Shown here: piece after piece, positions 11,028-24,571 of the stretch
Position numbering within the stretch: the first letter of the stretch is position 1
Layout of the letters: every line of letters begins with the position of its first letter
Assembly (NCBI GenBank): GCA_010093745.1
Contig: MU006006.1
Span: forward strand, 1 to 64,000
Origin: Piedraia hortae CBS 480.64
Lineage: Eukaryota
Length of the DNA: 64,000 bases
Reading direction: 5' to 3'
The notes under the pieces: generated by a model
Database searches by the model: none
Told to the model about the DNA's origin: nothing
Seen by the model: only the letters and a program-made list of their open reading frames with translations
Program-made: the position numbers and the translations under genes

Positions 11028-12886
11028 ATGTCTAGTATGTTTGTGTCTTGATTTCCATCTCATGTTTGTTTCAGACGATGAATGACTGTCCTCGGTTGTG
11101 CCACCTCGAGGATGAGTTCCTGGATAGACAAAGGATTCAGTAATACCTCTGCAGGCTTCCAGACACTAGATTCTAACTTAGAGCTTAACCTCGGATGACC
11201 CATATGACCCATATGAATCATAGGGGCATCGCAGACAGGTAATGACGAAACAAGTGTCTGTCATCAGATGTAATCTTTCTTGCCAAGCCGTGGCCTGGGA
11301 TGAAGGTAGGAGATCTAATCGCAGATCAGGGCTGAATTGACTGAATTGGAACCAAGATGAATGTTCCTGGTTTTGATGAGGCGCAGAACACTACACCACG
11401 CAAGCTAACTTGGACTAGGCGCATCACAGAGTCCACGTGGTCGAACACGCACTGCAGCATGAACGGGACCGTGACTCGTCCCAGGAAATGGTTCCTCCTT
11501 AGAGGTAAATACTCTGGGAAGCCTCAACCTCTATCCATGGCCCCTCAACATAAGTTTCTATCCTTGGGCCCCTAAAAATTGTTATTATTCTAGCCTGACC
11601 AATCAGGCTGAAGTTGAAGCCCGGCATAGGAGCGCTCCAGCTGGTTTCCCTGGGTTCCATCACCTGGAATCAAAGCTATTTTAAGACTATTTTTATGTCA
11701 TAAGGCTAGAGTGAACATTTTATGTTACTAAGATCTAAAACATAAAACGGGGTCATTGCTATGTGTGATGGAGTGCAGCTGATGACTGCACCAAACTTAA
11801 AACGGACTTCAAGATTGAGTTGTGGGCGTTGGGAGGTTTGGTGTAAGCTTTAGGTGCGTTGCACTATACATATCCGAGGGATCTCCGGGGGAGACGTATG
11901 CGTCTCTCTTTTGTCGTTCGCATCGTCATTCCTATTTCTTTGATTGTAGCAATAGACAGTTCTCTGCTCAGCTTCAGCTCGCCGTTATCTAGTCCAGCCT
12001 CAGCTCGCTGTCATAGCTGTCATACAACTCCTGCGTCACATGACTTTTTGCCTCGAGGAACCAATCAGAAGTCGTCCTGAATGCGGGGTATGTTAAGGAA
12101 TTGGACTTAAGTTGGGCCGGGAGGCTGAGCTCCTGAATCATACGTCAGGAATCCTCGTGGATGATTGTTGTTTTAAAACGTGTTTCTCGAGATGAGGCGG
12201 ATGCTTGTGTGTCTTAACTCCTGTCCAGACTATCTGCCTGATTTGTAAAAGTGGAGGGTCGTAGGCGGAAGGAGCAATACGGTCGCGGCAGCAGCCATGA
12301 CGATGGCCGCTCAGCACCAAAAAGACACCGACTGAAGACGACAGTAAACATGTGCAATTAAGCCCCATTGATGATACTTCTTGTAGTACTATTCTTGGAT
12401 CATCACATTGTGCAACTTGTGTGCTTCCAGTTGAAGGAGGGAACATTGCGCGCTTATCCTTAACGCTGAATCAGGCGTCATAAAACCTTAAAAAAAGGCT
12501 GTGTGCGTGTGTCTTCAAGTGATTACGGTAGGCGCCTTGAGCATGGTGATCAATCGAGTTTTTGATGCGAAACCTCCGCACCGGAGGGCGAGTATCGTTG
12601 CAACAGATATCAAAAACAAACTGCTCGCCCAACGCGCCATATACTACGATAGGGTAGGGAACGGTGGAGTAGAAAATCCACCATGGAATCCTCTGTACAG
12701 TCATCATAGAGTCATGGATATTTCGCTTAATCCTTTGAAGCCTGACAACTCCGCCAACCAAGATCCTGGCAACTCGGCTGACCAATTGGTGTCCAGTGAT
12801 TGCTATCAGTCGGTGAATGGCGTCACAGGCACCAATGATTGTGTTGCATATAAACCCACGAGTTCACAGGTTGATGGGATAGACAA

Positions 12887-15118
12887 ATGGATTCACCTCC
12901 AGTAGTGGAAACACCTTACCTCATAGTTGGTGCCGGACCAGCAGGAGCGGGCCTAGCTTGCTTTCTTGCAAGTCACGGTCTGAAAGGCATCATCATCTCA
13001 GCTGCAAATGGCACCGCTAAGGAGCCACGAGCACACATTACCAACCCAGCAACGGTGGAATGACTTCGAGACATTGGATTACAAGAGGAGTCTTTGAAGG
13101 CTGCTACTCCTGGCGACTACCTCGGCATAGTTCGATGGTGCCACGACATGGTTGGGGAGGAGTACGGGCGTACTCCCGCTTGGCAAAGCAATCCTGAAGC
13201 CAAGACGCAATTCATGATTGCAAGTCCCTGTGAATTTATTGACCTACCCCAGTCGCTGCTAGAGCCAATTCTTGTCCGACGGGCTACCAGTGACGGCTGG
13301 GAGGTGAGGTACAACACCAAATTCGTTAAGTATAAGCGAGACTCCTCGCAAGGGCCTTTCTACACTGAAGTTCTAGATGAGAGTTTGAACCAAAGCTTCA
13401 CCATCAAGAGCAAGTATCTTTTTGGCTGTGACGGTGCCGGATCCAGGGTTGTGAAGCAGTTGGACCTTCCCCTCAACAAGAACCCCCCCCAGGGACATGC
13501 AATGAATATTGTTGTTAATGCCGATCTTGCCCCATTCATGGGAAATCGCAAAGGATTCTTGCATTGGGTCGTCCAGACCGAGAAGGATTGTCCACTTTGG
13601 GCGAGAATGACCGCGGCACGGATGATCAGGCCATGGCATGAGTGGATGTTCATCATTATCATGCCTCAGACCACCGAGGAGCTTGCCGCGTTGCCGTCAG
13701 ATGAAGAGTTTTTGAGCTACATGAGCAAGTGGATCGGAGACGACAGCATCCCTATCAAAATCCTTTCCAAGTCAAAATGGCGCGTCAACGACACCGTCGC
13801 AACACGTTATGATGATGGCAGCCGACGCATCTTTGGGTTAGGAGATGCAGTTCACCGACACCCCCCCAACAACGGCCTGGGAAGCAACACTTGCATCCAG
13901 GATGCATACAACCTGGCCTGGAAGGTGGCATACGTCGAGAAAGGTCTCGCCCATGAATCACTCCTTGATTCCTACAGCGCAGAGCGCCAGCCGATTGGCC
14001 AGAGGCTGGTGAAGAAGTCGAACACAACTGTCGCGAATATGTTCAAAATCTGGCAAGCCATGGGCGTGCTGTTGGACGATGTCAAGGACCGAAGGGCACA
14101 TTTCGATGAGTTGATGGCGCCTACCGAAACAGGGAAAAAGTTTCGCCAGCAGTTCCAGGACGGCATCGCCGAGATCAGAGGCGAATTTAACAGCATCGGC
14201 ATCCACATGAACTAGCAGTACCAGTCGAACGCCATCATCAGACGGGACGAAAAGGGATCGGCCCTGGACTGGCATTGGGAGGAGTATGTCAAAAACCTCC
14301 AGCGTAGTACCTACCCAGGACACAGGTTGCCGCACGCGGAGCTTTTCCACAGAATCTCCAATAAAGCCCAAATCTCAACCATCGATCTCGCCGGACACGG
14401 CGCTTTCTGCATCATCACTGGTATCGGAGGCGATTCGTGGAAGGTCGCGGCAAAAGTCATCAGCGCTCGCTTGGGAATCCCCGTCAACGCTTATAGCATT
14501 GGTTGGAAGCAAGATTGGGAAGACCTTACCGGCGACTGGTCCCGCTTGCGTGAGATTGAAGAGGATGGATGCTTGCTTTGCCGCCCCGACCGCACCATCG
14601 CCTGGCGTAGCATGGAAATGCGCGACGACGCCACTGAGTGTCTTTTGGATGTTGTAAAGACAATCCTTGGGATCAACGAATCGTCATTAACCAATGGAGG
14701 AGGGGAGATCGCGCCTTTGACCAATGAAGCAACCAAGGATACGTCTTTGACGAATGGAGCAGTCGAGGATGCGCTTTTGGCCAATGGAGGGGCCGAGGAT
14801 ATTTCTTTGGCCAATGACGGAAGCAAGGTCACACCATCGACCAATGGAGGCAATGCTGATACGCCTTCAACCAATGGAGTTGTTGACGATACACCTCAAA
14901 CCAACAAACCAATTGACGAGAAGTCTTTGGCCAATGGGGGAATCGAGCATACGTCCTCGACCAATGGAAAAACCAAGAATACGCTTCTACTCAATGGAGG
15001 AACCGAACATGCGTCTCTTACCAATGGAGGAGCCGAGGCTATGCCTTTGACAGATGGTGGGAAGGAAAAAACGTCTTCAGCTATTGAAGAGAAGGATCGG
15101 ATATGTACCAGTAAGTAG
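12887..15118 (+). pseudogene. FAD monooxygenase copy 2 with two in-frame nonsense codons
   Basis: ATG GAT TCA CCT at 12887, colinear with copies 1 and 3. TGA at 13061 (TGT Cys in paralogues) and TAG at 14213 (CAG Gln in paralogues). No frameshift: ORFs at 13094 and 14327 share the frame. Confidence 0.88.
14687..15110 (+). repeat. 30-bp coding tandem repeat, about 14 units, in the tail of copy 2
   Basis: Repeated (g/a)ccaatgg at 30-bp period: LTNGGGEIAP LTNEATKDTS LTNGAVEDAL LANGGAEDIS etc. Confidence 0.85.
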
Positions 15119-15599
15119 TCGGTGTTCTGAAAGCATCTATTACCATTTGTGCCATTTTGATTTACAGTCCTTGGATAGGTGGAGAAACACAATTTGTCAT
15201 ATCACCGCTGCCCTTAAATTCACGCGTACAATATTTGCGATGCTCCACACGGGCAAAGACTTTCCTGTCTAAGTTTCTACAGTACCATTGACCCTAACCT
15301 GATCATTGTCCCATTCTATTGGACAACTCTTGTTCCCCTACTCCTTGTTGTGTTTTCGATCCTTCTCGTCAAAGCTCATACCTCAAATGTCTGAATAAAA
15401 CCCAATGTTCAGGCATCCAGGCATCCCGGATGATTCACTGCAAGCTGACAGCGACGGACCAAGTTCTAGTACACGTTTAGAACGACAATGTTTCAATTTG
15501 AAAGAATCCAAATACATTTGTGAAACAACGCAAGAAACGAAAAGTGAGAAGAACACGTGTATGTGCGAGTGTACGTGTGACTAGCCAAAAAACGGCGTG

Positions 15600-17298
15600 C
15601 CCTCCTGTCAAGGCACCAAGCCCGCACTACAGAAAGCCAGAATCTTCCTGCACACCTTATACAACACCACGCGTGGTCTTCCCCTAAGATGGCACGCCTC
15701 ACCCCCACGGCGTACGTCCTGCCCATTTTAGCCTACTGTCTAGAGGCCTACTAAGCTTGTTAAAGAGCAAGAAGTATCGAAGGGGGTCAAGTGAATGGCA
15801 GATAGACTGCAGCGTTCACCTCGCCTGGCTCTACTTGCAATTATACCTGCCTGGAAAACGGCACCCACCGCGGCTCCCCTCAGGGAAGCCGGACTGCTGT
15901 CTTTGCCCCTGTTCTTAAAGAGAAGGCGGCGAATTTTTGCCGTACGCCTACGAGGTTTCGACAACTACCATCCCCTGGCCCCAAGACGAACCAGAGGTGA
16001 TCCAGCAGCTTCTTCATGCCTCTGCCGCACAAGCTCCCTAGCGGCCCCGTGTCCAAGTCCACTGATTATCCGCCCCAATCCTCATCCGTACATTCAGCAC
16101 TACGAAAAGGCCAATTTTGATCCTTCTTCTCTCTCTTTCCTGAGCGGAAACCTCCGCTTCAGCGAGATTGTCGTGTATACAGTTGAGTCAAGGCTGGAAA
16201 GCGGCCGTGCGGGGTGCGGATGGGTCGTCTACCAGGGAAAGTTCCTCGTCGCCGAAGGTGCCAAGGTCCTGGGCGACCAGTGCGAGGTATTCGACGTGGA
16301 GCCAGAAGGAGCTCTCGCAGGCCTGCACACCGCCATGGATCGTGCATGCACGCGCCTCGCCTCCGATCTCCGTATAGTACTAGACAATCAGGAGGCCTGA
16401 AATCGTCTACAATCGGGCTCAACACGAACAGACCACAGTCAAGCAAACCTGCTCCAATTCCGGCAACTAGCCTACAGTTGGCATCAACGCCATAGGCTGG
16501 CCTCAACCCCTCCTGGGGTCATCACGATATATTGGGTACCAGGTCACATAGACATCGAAGTAAACGCAAAAGCTGACGAACTTGCCAAAAAGAAAGAAAA
16601 AAAAAGAGCTGGGCTTCCAGCAGATACCGACATCGCACGGAAAGTCTGCCTTGCTCATGTCCGTCGTATGGCCTGCGCCTCACATATCAAACCCGTCCGC
16701 GAGTGGTGGGTTGCCAACGCTGCTCTCATGTATCAAGAGCTCGCGATCAATTATTCCACGAAACCTTCAAAGGAGCCACTTCTCCCATGGAAAATACTCA
16801 GACAGCTTGTAGCATGCAGAAACCAGCACGGAGATTTTGCTAACAATCACGAAAGAATCGCCCATGATATCGCCAAGCTGCTCTGCTCGTGCGGACGAAG
16901 AAAATCCCCTGCGCATTTTTCTGCGAGCTTGCGCGAAAGAAAAGTAAGCTACTCTGCGATGGCCGAACAGAAAAAATGCTCGATCAAATTCTAGGTAACG
17001 TTGACGGCGCAATCAAATTCCAACAGTTCTTGAAACAGACGGCCTTTTTCGAAGAGATTTCCCAATGACGGCCCAAACGAGAACTGAAGCTCCACATGGA
17101 GAACCAGCCTGATGCAGATTGGCAGAAGAATAAATTTGTAGGATAGATAGTTTTTAGTGAGACCGGGTCGGCACAAGAGTGACTGGCCCGCGGGACCTGT
17201 GTGCCCGCCGTCTAAAGGCCCTCTAGTCCTAGCGCGTGACTCATAAAGTCCGTGCCCTTACATAGACGTAAAAAGCGACGATGACAACAACAACAACC
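15600..17298 (+). mobile_element. 5'-truncated, degenerate Tad-like LINE (RT C-terminus, RNase H, Cys/His tail, 3' UTR)
   Basis: LYNTTRGLP..VLPILAYCLEA; IPAWKTAPTAAPLREAG; RNase H IVVYT..S..GRAGCGW..EVFDVE..IVLDNQEA and WVPGHIDIEVNAKADELAK; HGDFANNH..CSCGRRKSPAHF. Stops and frameshifts present; ends GACGTAAAA..(ACA)n. 5' boundary approximate. Confidence 0.88.
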
Positions 17299-17696
17299 AG
17301 ACCGCATTTGTTGAGGTCACGTGTAGTGACGTGACCTCTTCGTACGGGAAATATCCGTTAAAGTCCTGTGAGATTCGAGCTGTGTGCAGAGATGACCTTG
17401 CTGTGTGCTGCAGGTGAGAATTTACCGCCTCACAAGCTAATCCGGCTGAAGTACCCTTTATGATGAGCAAAATTACACCACTGTGTGCAGGATGCAAATG
17501 CCGCATTGGAAGATCCTCGACTACGCAGATCAGGATGGAACGTTCTCTTCACATGCACTAAGCAGTTATATTCACCAAGTTATCGGTTGGTTACATACAC
17601 TCACGTCACCTTTACCCCACCTCATAAGGCCTCAGCCTTGCGCGATCCCATATCTTCTCGAGCTTCCCGTTCTCACCACCCTTCACAGTACCCAGC

Positions 17697-20600
17697 ATGC
17701 CAGAATGGGCGGGACATTTGAAAGAGAAGGGCAAAGCGCAGATCTCACATCCACAACCCTCCACTGCAAGTGCTTCCACTTCACAAGTTTCGGGTGCTAG
17801 TGCACAGTCTTCCCAGTCTTTGCAGCTACGAAAAGCTCCTGCCCAGACTTCACCTTCGACTCTCTATGGTTTAGTGTCCACTATACAGCCTTCACAACTA
17901 TCGCAGCTACTGCCGGTCCAGGCTTCGGCTCCGGTAGTACTTCCAAGAAACCCTTTTCAAGACAGGAAACAGCTGGCAATTGATGCCCTTGCCGGTCTTT
18001 CATCAGACGAACGCAGGTTTATTAAGGTGCAACTGGGTTCGAATAGCGATTTCGAGAGAGATGCAGCTAGGATCCTGGCCTTAAGAGGCCAAAATCAAGC
18101 AAAAACTTCAAATCAATGGATTGTGAGCATGAGGGAGATCGCTTGTCAGATCATACAATTTGCACCGGTGTTTGACGAAGCGACGAATGCTCAAGCGGAG
18201 GTGCTTAGCCTGCCGTGGGCCGGCATTCGCTGTCTCTTGATGGTAAGCAGTACTTCTGTCTAAGTATGACACTGAGTAACATCGTTTCTCTAGCTAGCTC
18301 AGAAGGCTCACGAGCAGAGTGAATCGATCCTGAAAGGAATCGAAACAGTTCTGGACACAAGCCACCTGCTGAATGTATATTTTGACATTTACGGCCAGCT
18401 TGGTGCGACGCCCGCCATTCAACATCTGTATGTCAACATTGTCAAGCTATTCGGTCTCATCTTGAAGTTCCTGGCGCGTGCCCAAAACACAGGCGACATG
18501 AATCGGCTAGAACGTTTGGTGCACTCTCTAACTGGTGAGGTTATACCAAACTTCAAAGCCACGCACGACAGGATGCTGGAAACCATTGAGATCCATCGTC
18601 GAGCTGTGAATGACGAGGTGTCAAAGAAACAGCAGACTTGGGTAAATAAACAACTGGAGGCATTGAGCAAGGCCCAGGAGGAAATCAATCAGGGAGTCAA
18701 GGGCGTTCAAAAAACTCTAGATCTTGGTGCTCTTCGATACGCTAAGCGGGCGGCTTACGACTCGAGGGACTACAGTAGCCACAGTCAGGATGGTGACTTC
18801 CAGTTGTGTTTAGACGGTACCCGAGTCGATATCACAGAGACCATACAAAAGTGGGCCACCACCGACGATGAAAAAAGGGTATTCTGGCTATCTGGAAAAG
18901 CTGGGACGGGTAAATCCACAATTGCTCGAACCGTTGCCCATGAATTGGCGAAACAGGGGTATTTGGTGGGCAGCTTCTTTTTTAAGCGCGGCGGCGGCGA
19001 ACTGAGCAATGCTCAATATCTGTTTCCCACCATTGCTCGTCAAATGGCCTATTCGATACCTAGCATCAGTGACAGTATCGCTGATGCCTCTCGTGACTCA
19101 CCTTCTGATGCAGATTCAAAGTCCTTGGAAAACCAGTTCGAGATGCTCATTGAGAGACCGCTTTTAGGGTATAGCACAAGGTCTGCAACCGATGTCAGGG
19201 CGATTGTTATCGATGCACTCGATGAATGCGACGCCAGAGTAGCGATAGGGCAAGCCATGACACTTTGGCCGAGACTTGGTGCCCATACCTCCATGAACAT
19301 GAGAGTGTTCGTGACGAGTCGGTCGGACAACGAGATCTGGGGCACACTTGGCCAATTGGAGCCCAAGTATCTCCGGTACGAGAGGCTTGAAGACTGGCAA
19401 CCGAGTACCATCGAGAATGACCTAAGACGGTATTGCGAGAATGAGCTGAAGAAGATTCGTGAGAAGCGCAAGAACAATTTACTTCCCGATGAACTAGGAG
19501 ATGAATGGCTGGGAGATGGTGTTGTTGACAGACTGGTTCAGATATCTCAGCCACTATTCATCGCGGGTTCAACAATCCTCAGGGATGCAAGAAATGATCC
19601 AGGACGTCTTCAACAACGGGTAAATGGGCTCAGATCTACCGGTACAAAAGCGCTGACCGCAATCTATTTGGATATTTTGAACCAAGCTGCTAAGTTTGAC
19701 AACGATTGGCTGGACTGGTTCGGCCAAGTCATCAAGCCATTCGCCCTTCTCCATTCTTCTCTCACCATCCCGGCACTTGCAGATCTCTTGGGAGGGAATA
19801 CTATGGTTGCTAATGCTCTCAATCCCTTGAGTTCCGTAATTGAGTTTCCAAGCGGCAAAGAGGTCAAGGCGGGCTCACGGGCTACGGTACGGGCTTATCA
19901 CGAATCTTTGCGAGACTTCCTTATGGACTCTAGTCTTAAGAGCCATTCTCCGTTCTGGATTGACCAAGGAGAAGTACATGGCGTCCTCATGAGCAATTGT
20001 CTAGACTTGCTCGAGAAAAAGTTGGACCGTGATGTTTGCAAGCAGAAACATCCTGGAACGGAACGCAAATACGTACCCGTCGAGGATGTCAAGAAGCATA
20101 TTCCCGAGTCAGTACAGTATGCCTGCCGCTACTGGGTTAGCCATGCAGTCCAAAGCAAGAAGACACTTGAAGATGGCGGACAAGAGGATCATTTTCTGCG
20201 CACATGTCTTCTTCATTGGACAGAGGCAATGGCGTGGCTGGAAAAACTTGGGGAATTGATAATATGCCTAAAGCAGCTGCAAAAGGTCATCGACGTATGT
20301 ATCGCCTCCCGTTTCCGTCTGTGGAGAGTATACCTAATACAGCGCAGTCAAATTTCTCGCCCAAGCTACAATCCTTTGTCGCCGATGCTCTAAGATGGGT
20401 ACCAGCAAATCGAAATATGATCAGCGATACACCGCTTCAGACTTATCTCTCAGCACTAGCCTTTGCGCCAAGCAACAGTATCGTACGGAACGACTTTAGG
20501 TTTGAAATGGAAGATTTCTTGCAAGTTTGGCCGCCAGTCACGGCTGATTGGGACTTTGAATTGCAAACGCTGAGGGGGCATGCTGATCAAATACTGTCGA

Positions 20601-22273
20601 TGGCGCTATCGATCGACGGGAGAAAGCTTGTTACAATTGCTGATGATAACACAGCCCGAGTTTGGGATGTTGAAAGCGGCACCGAAGAAAAGTGTTCGCA
20701 AATCAACCTAGAAAGGGTCGAACCGTACACCTGGAAAACTCACAGCGTTGCTTCAGCATTCTCTGAAGAAGGTCTTGTGGCAATTGCTGGGTTGTCCGGG
20801 AAGTTCTGGAGGTGGAATTTGGACGACGACATCACACTAGTTGTCTCGAAGCTACTAGGCGTTGCAAGAAGCGTTTCAGTTGCTCCGAACGGCCGCTATG
20901 CCGCCTGGGGCTTGACCACTGGCGAGATTTACATCTGGGACGCCGAGCATGACTCTGCACAGTTGCTTGGAGGTCACTATTCTCCAGTGTGGTGCATGAC
21001 ATTTTTGTCAGATAGTGAGACACTGATGTCTGGATCCACAAATATCTGGAAATGGAACGCACAAACTGGGCATGAGGAAATATGCCAAGTGGGCACGGTC
21101 ATCAGGCGCATCGCCATCTCTCCAGACGGCAATTTGGTTGTTTTTGGGTCTGATATTATATCAGTGTTTCACTGCACCACCCATAAAGTTGAGCAGATCA
21201 TGCGAGGAAACGGATTCTCCTCCCTATGTTCTCTCATAATTACGCCAGACAGCCAGAAGATTTTGATCTTGACTGAGTGTGGGCTTTTTCTCTACGATTT
21301 CCGAAAGCAACATAAACCCATAAAGCTGTCTTTAGAAACTTCCTCCATATTGGCCATCAAGTTATCGCCCGGAGGGAAAACAATCTGGGTAGGCCATATT
21401 AGTGGGTTGGTAACGGAGCTAGACGCGAATCTGCTCATGGAAAGCCAGCAACAAGGTACTGGGGTGTCTCTTATTGCCTTGTCGGCTGATTGCCGATCAC
21501 TCGCTTCATTGTCTCAGGGAAACCAGCTCAGTCTCTGGAACATTGAAACGCGAAGTTGCGAGCAGCGGTTATCAGATGAAAGGCTCCTTAATATTCCGGA
21601 GTCCTTACGAACACTGATGTTGATCTCACCTGACAGTAGTTTCGTGGTTGCTGCCGCCCTAAACGTCCCCTCGAACGATACACTTTTGATTTGGGACCTG
21701 AAATCAAATGAACTGAGAGAGCTAGAAGATAGGCCAGGCCATATTACTGCTCTCGCGCTGTCCCCAGACAGCAAAACCCTCTTTTGCGGCTCGTACGACG
21801 GTCAGATATGGGTTGTTGATGTGAACAGTGGCGTTCTGCGAGAACAATTCACAGTTTATATGAGAAGGATCGATGCGATAGCGGTTTCGCCAAATGGACA
21901 GAAATTCGCATCAGCATCAGACGATAAAAAAGTGAGGATCTGGGGATCTAAGTCACAAACACCGCTGATACTGAGCTCCGAACATTTGGTTAATGAGACA
22001 TGTTTCTCAGCAGATGGCCGGATGCTTTACATTTGTGACATCGAAGATGACATATGTGAATGGGACATTGAAAAGGCGTGGATGGTGCGCAAATTTCCCT
22101 CAGAAGACCAATACGTTTGGGGTTCGATACTCCTCAATAGTCGCCTCGTGCCGTCAGAGTTCCAGCCTGTCATGAGCAGGTTAGCAGCCAATGAAGTCGA
22201 TCATCCCCACACGCAGGCGAACTCCTTGGCCTCTATAAAGTCCACTCCGGTGTTCGAAGGCCGAGAACTCTGA
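17697..22273 (+). CDS. Fungal NLR (STAND NTPase): helical N-terminal domain + NACHT + WD40 repeats, about 1490 aa
   Basis: Exons 17697-18242, 18294-20294, 20348-22273 with canonical phase-0 introns. SLPWAGIRCLL; CLDGTRVDI; Walker A GKAGTGKST; SFFFKRG; Walker B IVIDALDEC; HESLRDFL; YACRYWVSH; LHWTEAMAWL; TLRGH..WD repeats. Confidence 0.9.
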
Positions 22274-24571
22274 GCCTTATATGATAGAGAATGAATCACT
22301 GTCAATGGCCGGAAAATGATCAGCTTTCCTGATCAGCTGCAAGTGTATGGTTGGTTCTCGTGCGGGCAAACGATGGTTTTTCGCAGCCGAGAGACCGGTT
22401 TTACTGTTTTGGATTTCACAGGCAGAGTCACCTTCTGAATATGAATGGACCTGTTCAAATGTTCAACGGTCCCAATGTGTTAATTGAGCAATGAAGTGAG
22501 TCTATATCGCTTATAAGCGCTACTCTTAATATAACCACGAGCATTTAAGCTTGTGATGTTTGTAAGGGCGGGGTATGTAAAGCCAGGGTCTTGAGAGTAG
22601 ACTGGGTATGTTAAGTAGAGATGTGAGACCTAAGAGGGAGTAGATTTGCAAGGCAAACTATATCGGAGATGAAGCTCTCCTGGCTTATAGCTATCGGAAG
22701 GGGCGAAGGATTTACCCACCTCACTCCAAGATCTGGGAATGGTGGAAGTTCCACCCTTCAATGTTCCACGTTGGAAAAGTGAAGGGTGTATACCATATCG
22801 TGACTATTCATGACTGTGGATGACAATGATTGTGATATATATGCCCATGGAAAAGAGGAAGCAAGGAGAAGACTTGTGTGCCATGTCAGTCCTCGGTTTC
22901 ACGGGGAGGAGTTCTGGTCAAGTGTGCTTCAAATCTTCAGTAAGATGACAAGAGGTTGTACATACGGTCCTTGGCTATTTGCCGCGTATTTCATTAGCCA
23001 ATCACGAAACAAAGCGGCTAGCGGGGCAATGAAGATCCAATTATGGCACAAGGCGACTTTATACATGCACCAAGACCCGTTTCAGCCGGCTTTTCTGGTC
23101 TTTGGCAATTACCCACGTGCGGCTACGTCGTCACAGCCAAGACTGCCCCACGCTACTATACCACACCACACCATCACACACGTACACACATGCATACTTC
23201 ACACACAGTTGCCTGTCCATCTTTACGACGATTATGAGCCGGGAGGTTCACTCCTCTGACAGTGCGACGAGGTATCGAGTGTGAATGACGTCGCTTCAAC
23301 AGACCCACTGCAATATGACCAATACAGACTTTGCAGGGCGCTTGCAGACGCCTTGATATTGTAACCGCTCGAACCAAACGTCTACAGGGTGTTGTGAATA
23401 TGCAGTATATTACGTGCGTTATTAGTAATCGGCTCAACTTGACGCGTCAACTAGTTTTCCGTAGAGACTTGTATGCATGCTGGTACACTTCTACTCACAA
23501 TTATAACACATAGTCGACCCATAACGTCCGTGCGTCCGTAGAACCCGCTGCGCAGTGCGTTTAGCTAGAGTATGGTCTGGTTTTCCACTTGCTTTTCTCA
23601 TCCACATGTGATGAGCTTTCCTTGCGATACGAAGACCAGTGGCCGGAATCAAGTGGCAAAAACGCCACATCTCAGTACAGCCGGTCCTTCGAAAATTTAT
23701 TCTGCAGTGAGGCCTGCCTACACATCTAGATACTCACATCTGGATTTGCCACATCTATCCTTTGATAACGGGCTCCTATTCTTAACCAGTCATTCCACGA
23801 TAAAGTCGCCTGTAGACGGACTCCAATCCGGCCCAACAAGATAAGTTAATCAAACATTCATAATGGATGGTTGAATCATGACGCGTACTTCGACGCCACG
23901 TGGCGGATGTCTTTGTGACTCGACCGTTGAGACCACTGATAACTATCAGGCTGTTGGAGGGTCGGCGGCCAGGATTGGAACACGGCTGCGGCATCTCGAC
24001 TACCGCCGAACCAGCCACTGACTGAAGGCGAGAGTTAATGTGCCGTAGCGCGCCAGTGGTGGCCATTCCCGGAACATCAGATTGCGCAACCTGTGGACCT
24101 CTAGTTGATTAAGGGAAAGGCGCGTGTTCATGCAGTACTTGACGCTGAACCAGACCTCATGAAATCTCCGGAATGACCTTATGCGGGCTTCTTCACATCA
24201 TCAAAAACCGCACGGTTGACGCCCCGAGCGTAGTGGTGAACCGAGTTCCCGATGCAAGAGTCCCACACCGGAGGGCAATCAATATAACTGCCGACGTCAA
24301 AAAGAAATGCTTGCACAAAACGCCATGTACGGCTATGGGTACAGAATAGTAGAGTACAAAATTTCCCCATGGAAACCTCTTTACATCCACCATAGAGTAA
24401 TGGATGTCTCGCTTAATGCTATCAATCCTGTCGACTCCGCCAACATTACTCCTGTCGACTCGGCTGACCAATTGCCTTCCAGCGGTCGCTATCATTCAGA
24501 AAATAGCGCCAATGACACCAGAGTCTGTTGTACATAAGAGGACAAATGGACAGATCGATGAAGTCGACAAA

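Noticed and set aside
13061..14215. Stop-codon reassignment, selenocysteine or editing rescue of monooxygenase copy 2
   Set aside because: Other genes here terminate normally at TGA and TAG. Editing would give Trp where paralogues have Cys and Gln. No SECIS evidence.
17697..17950. N-terminal amyloid signalling motif in the NLR
   Set aside because: S/Q/P/A-rich leader with no recognisable HET-s, PP or sigma-like pattern, and no HeLo-type effector gene seen nearby.
24404..24571. N-terminal extension of monooxygenase copy 3 in the ORF track
   Set aside because: Not open in copies 1 and 2; the homologous start is at 24572.
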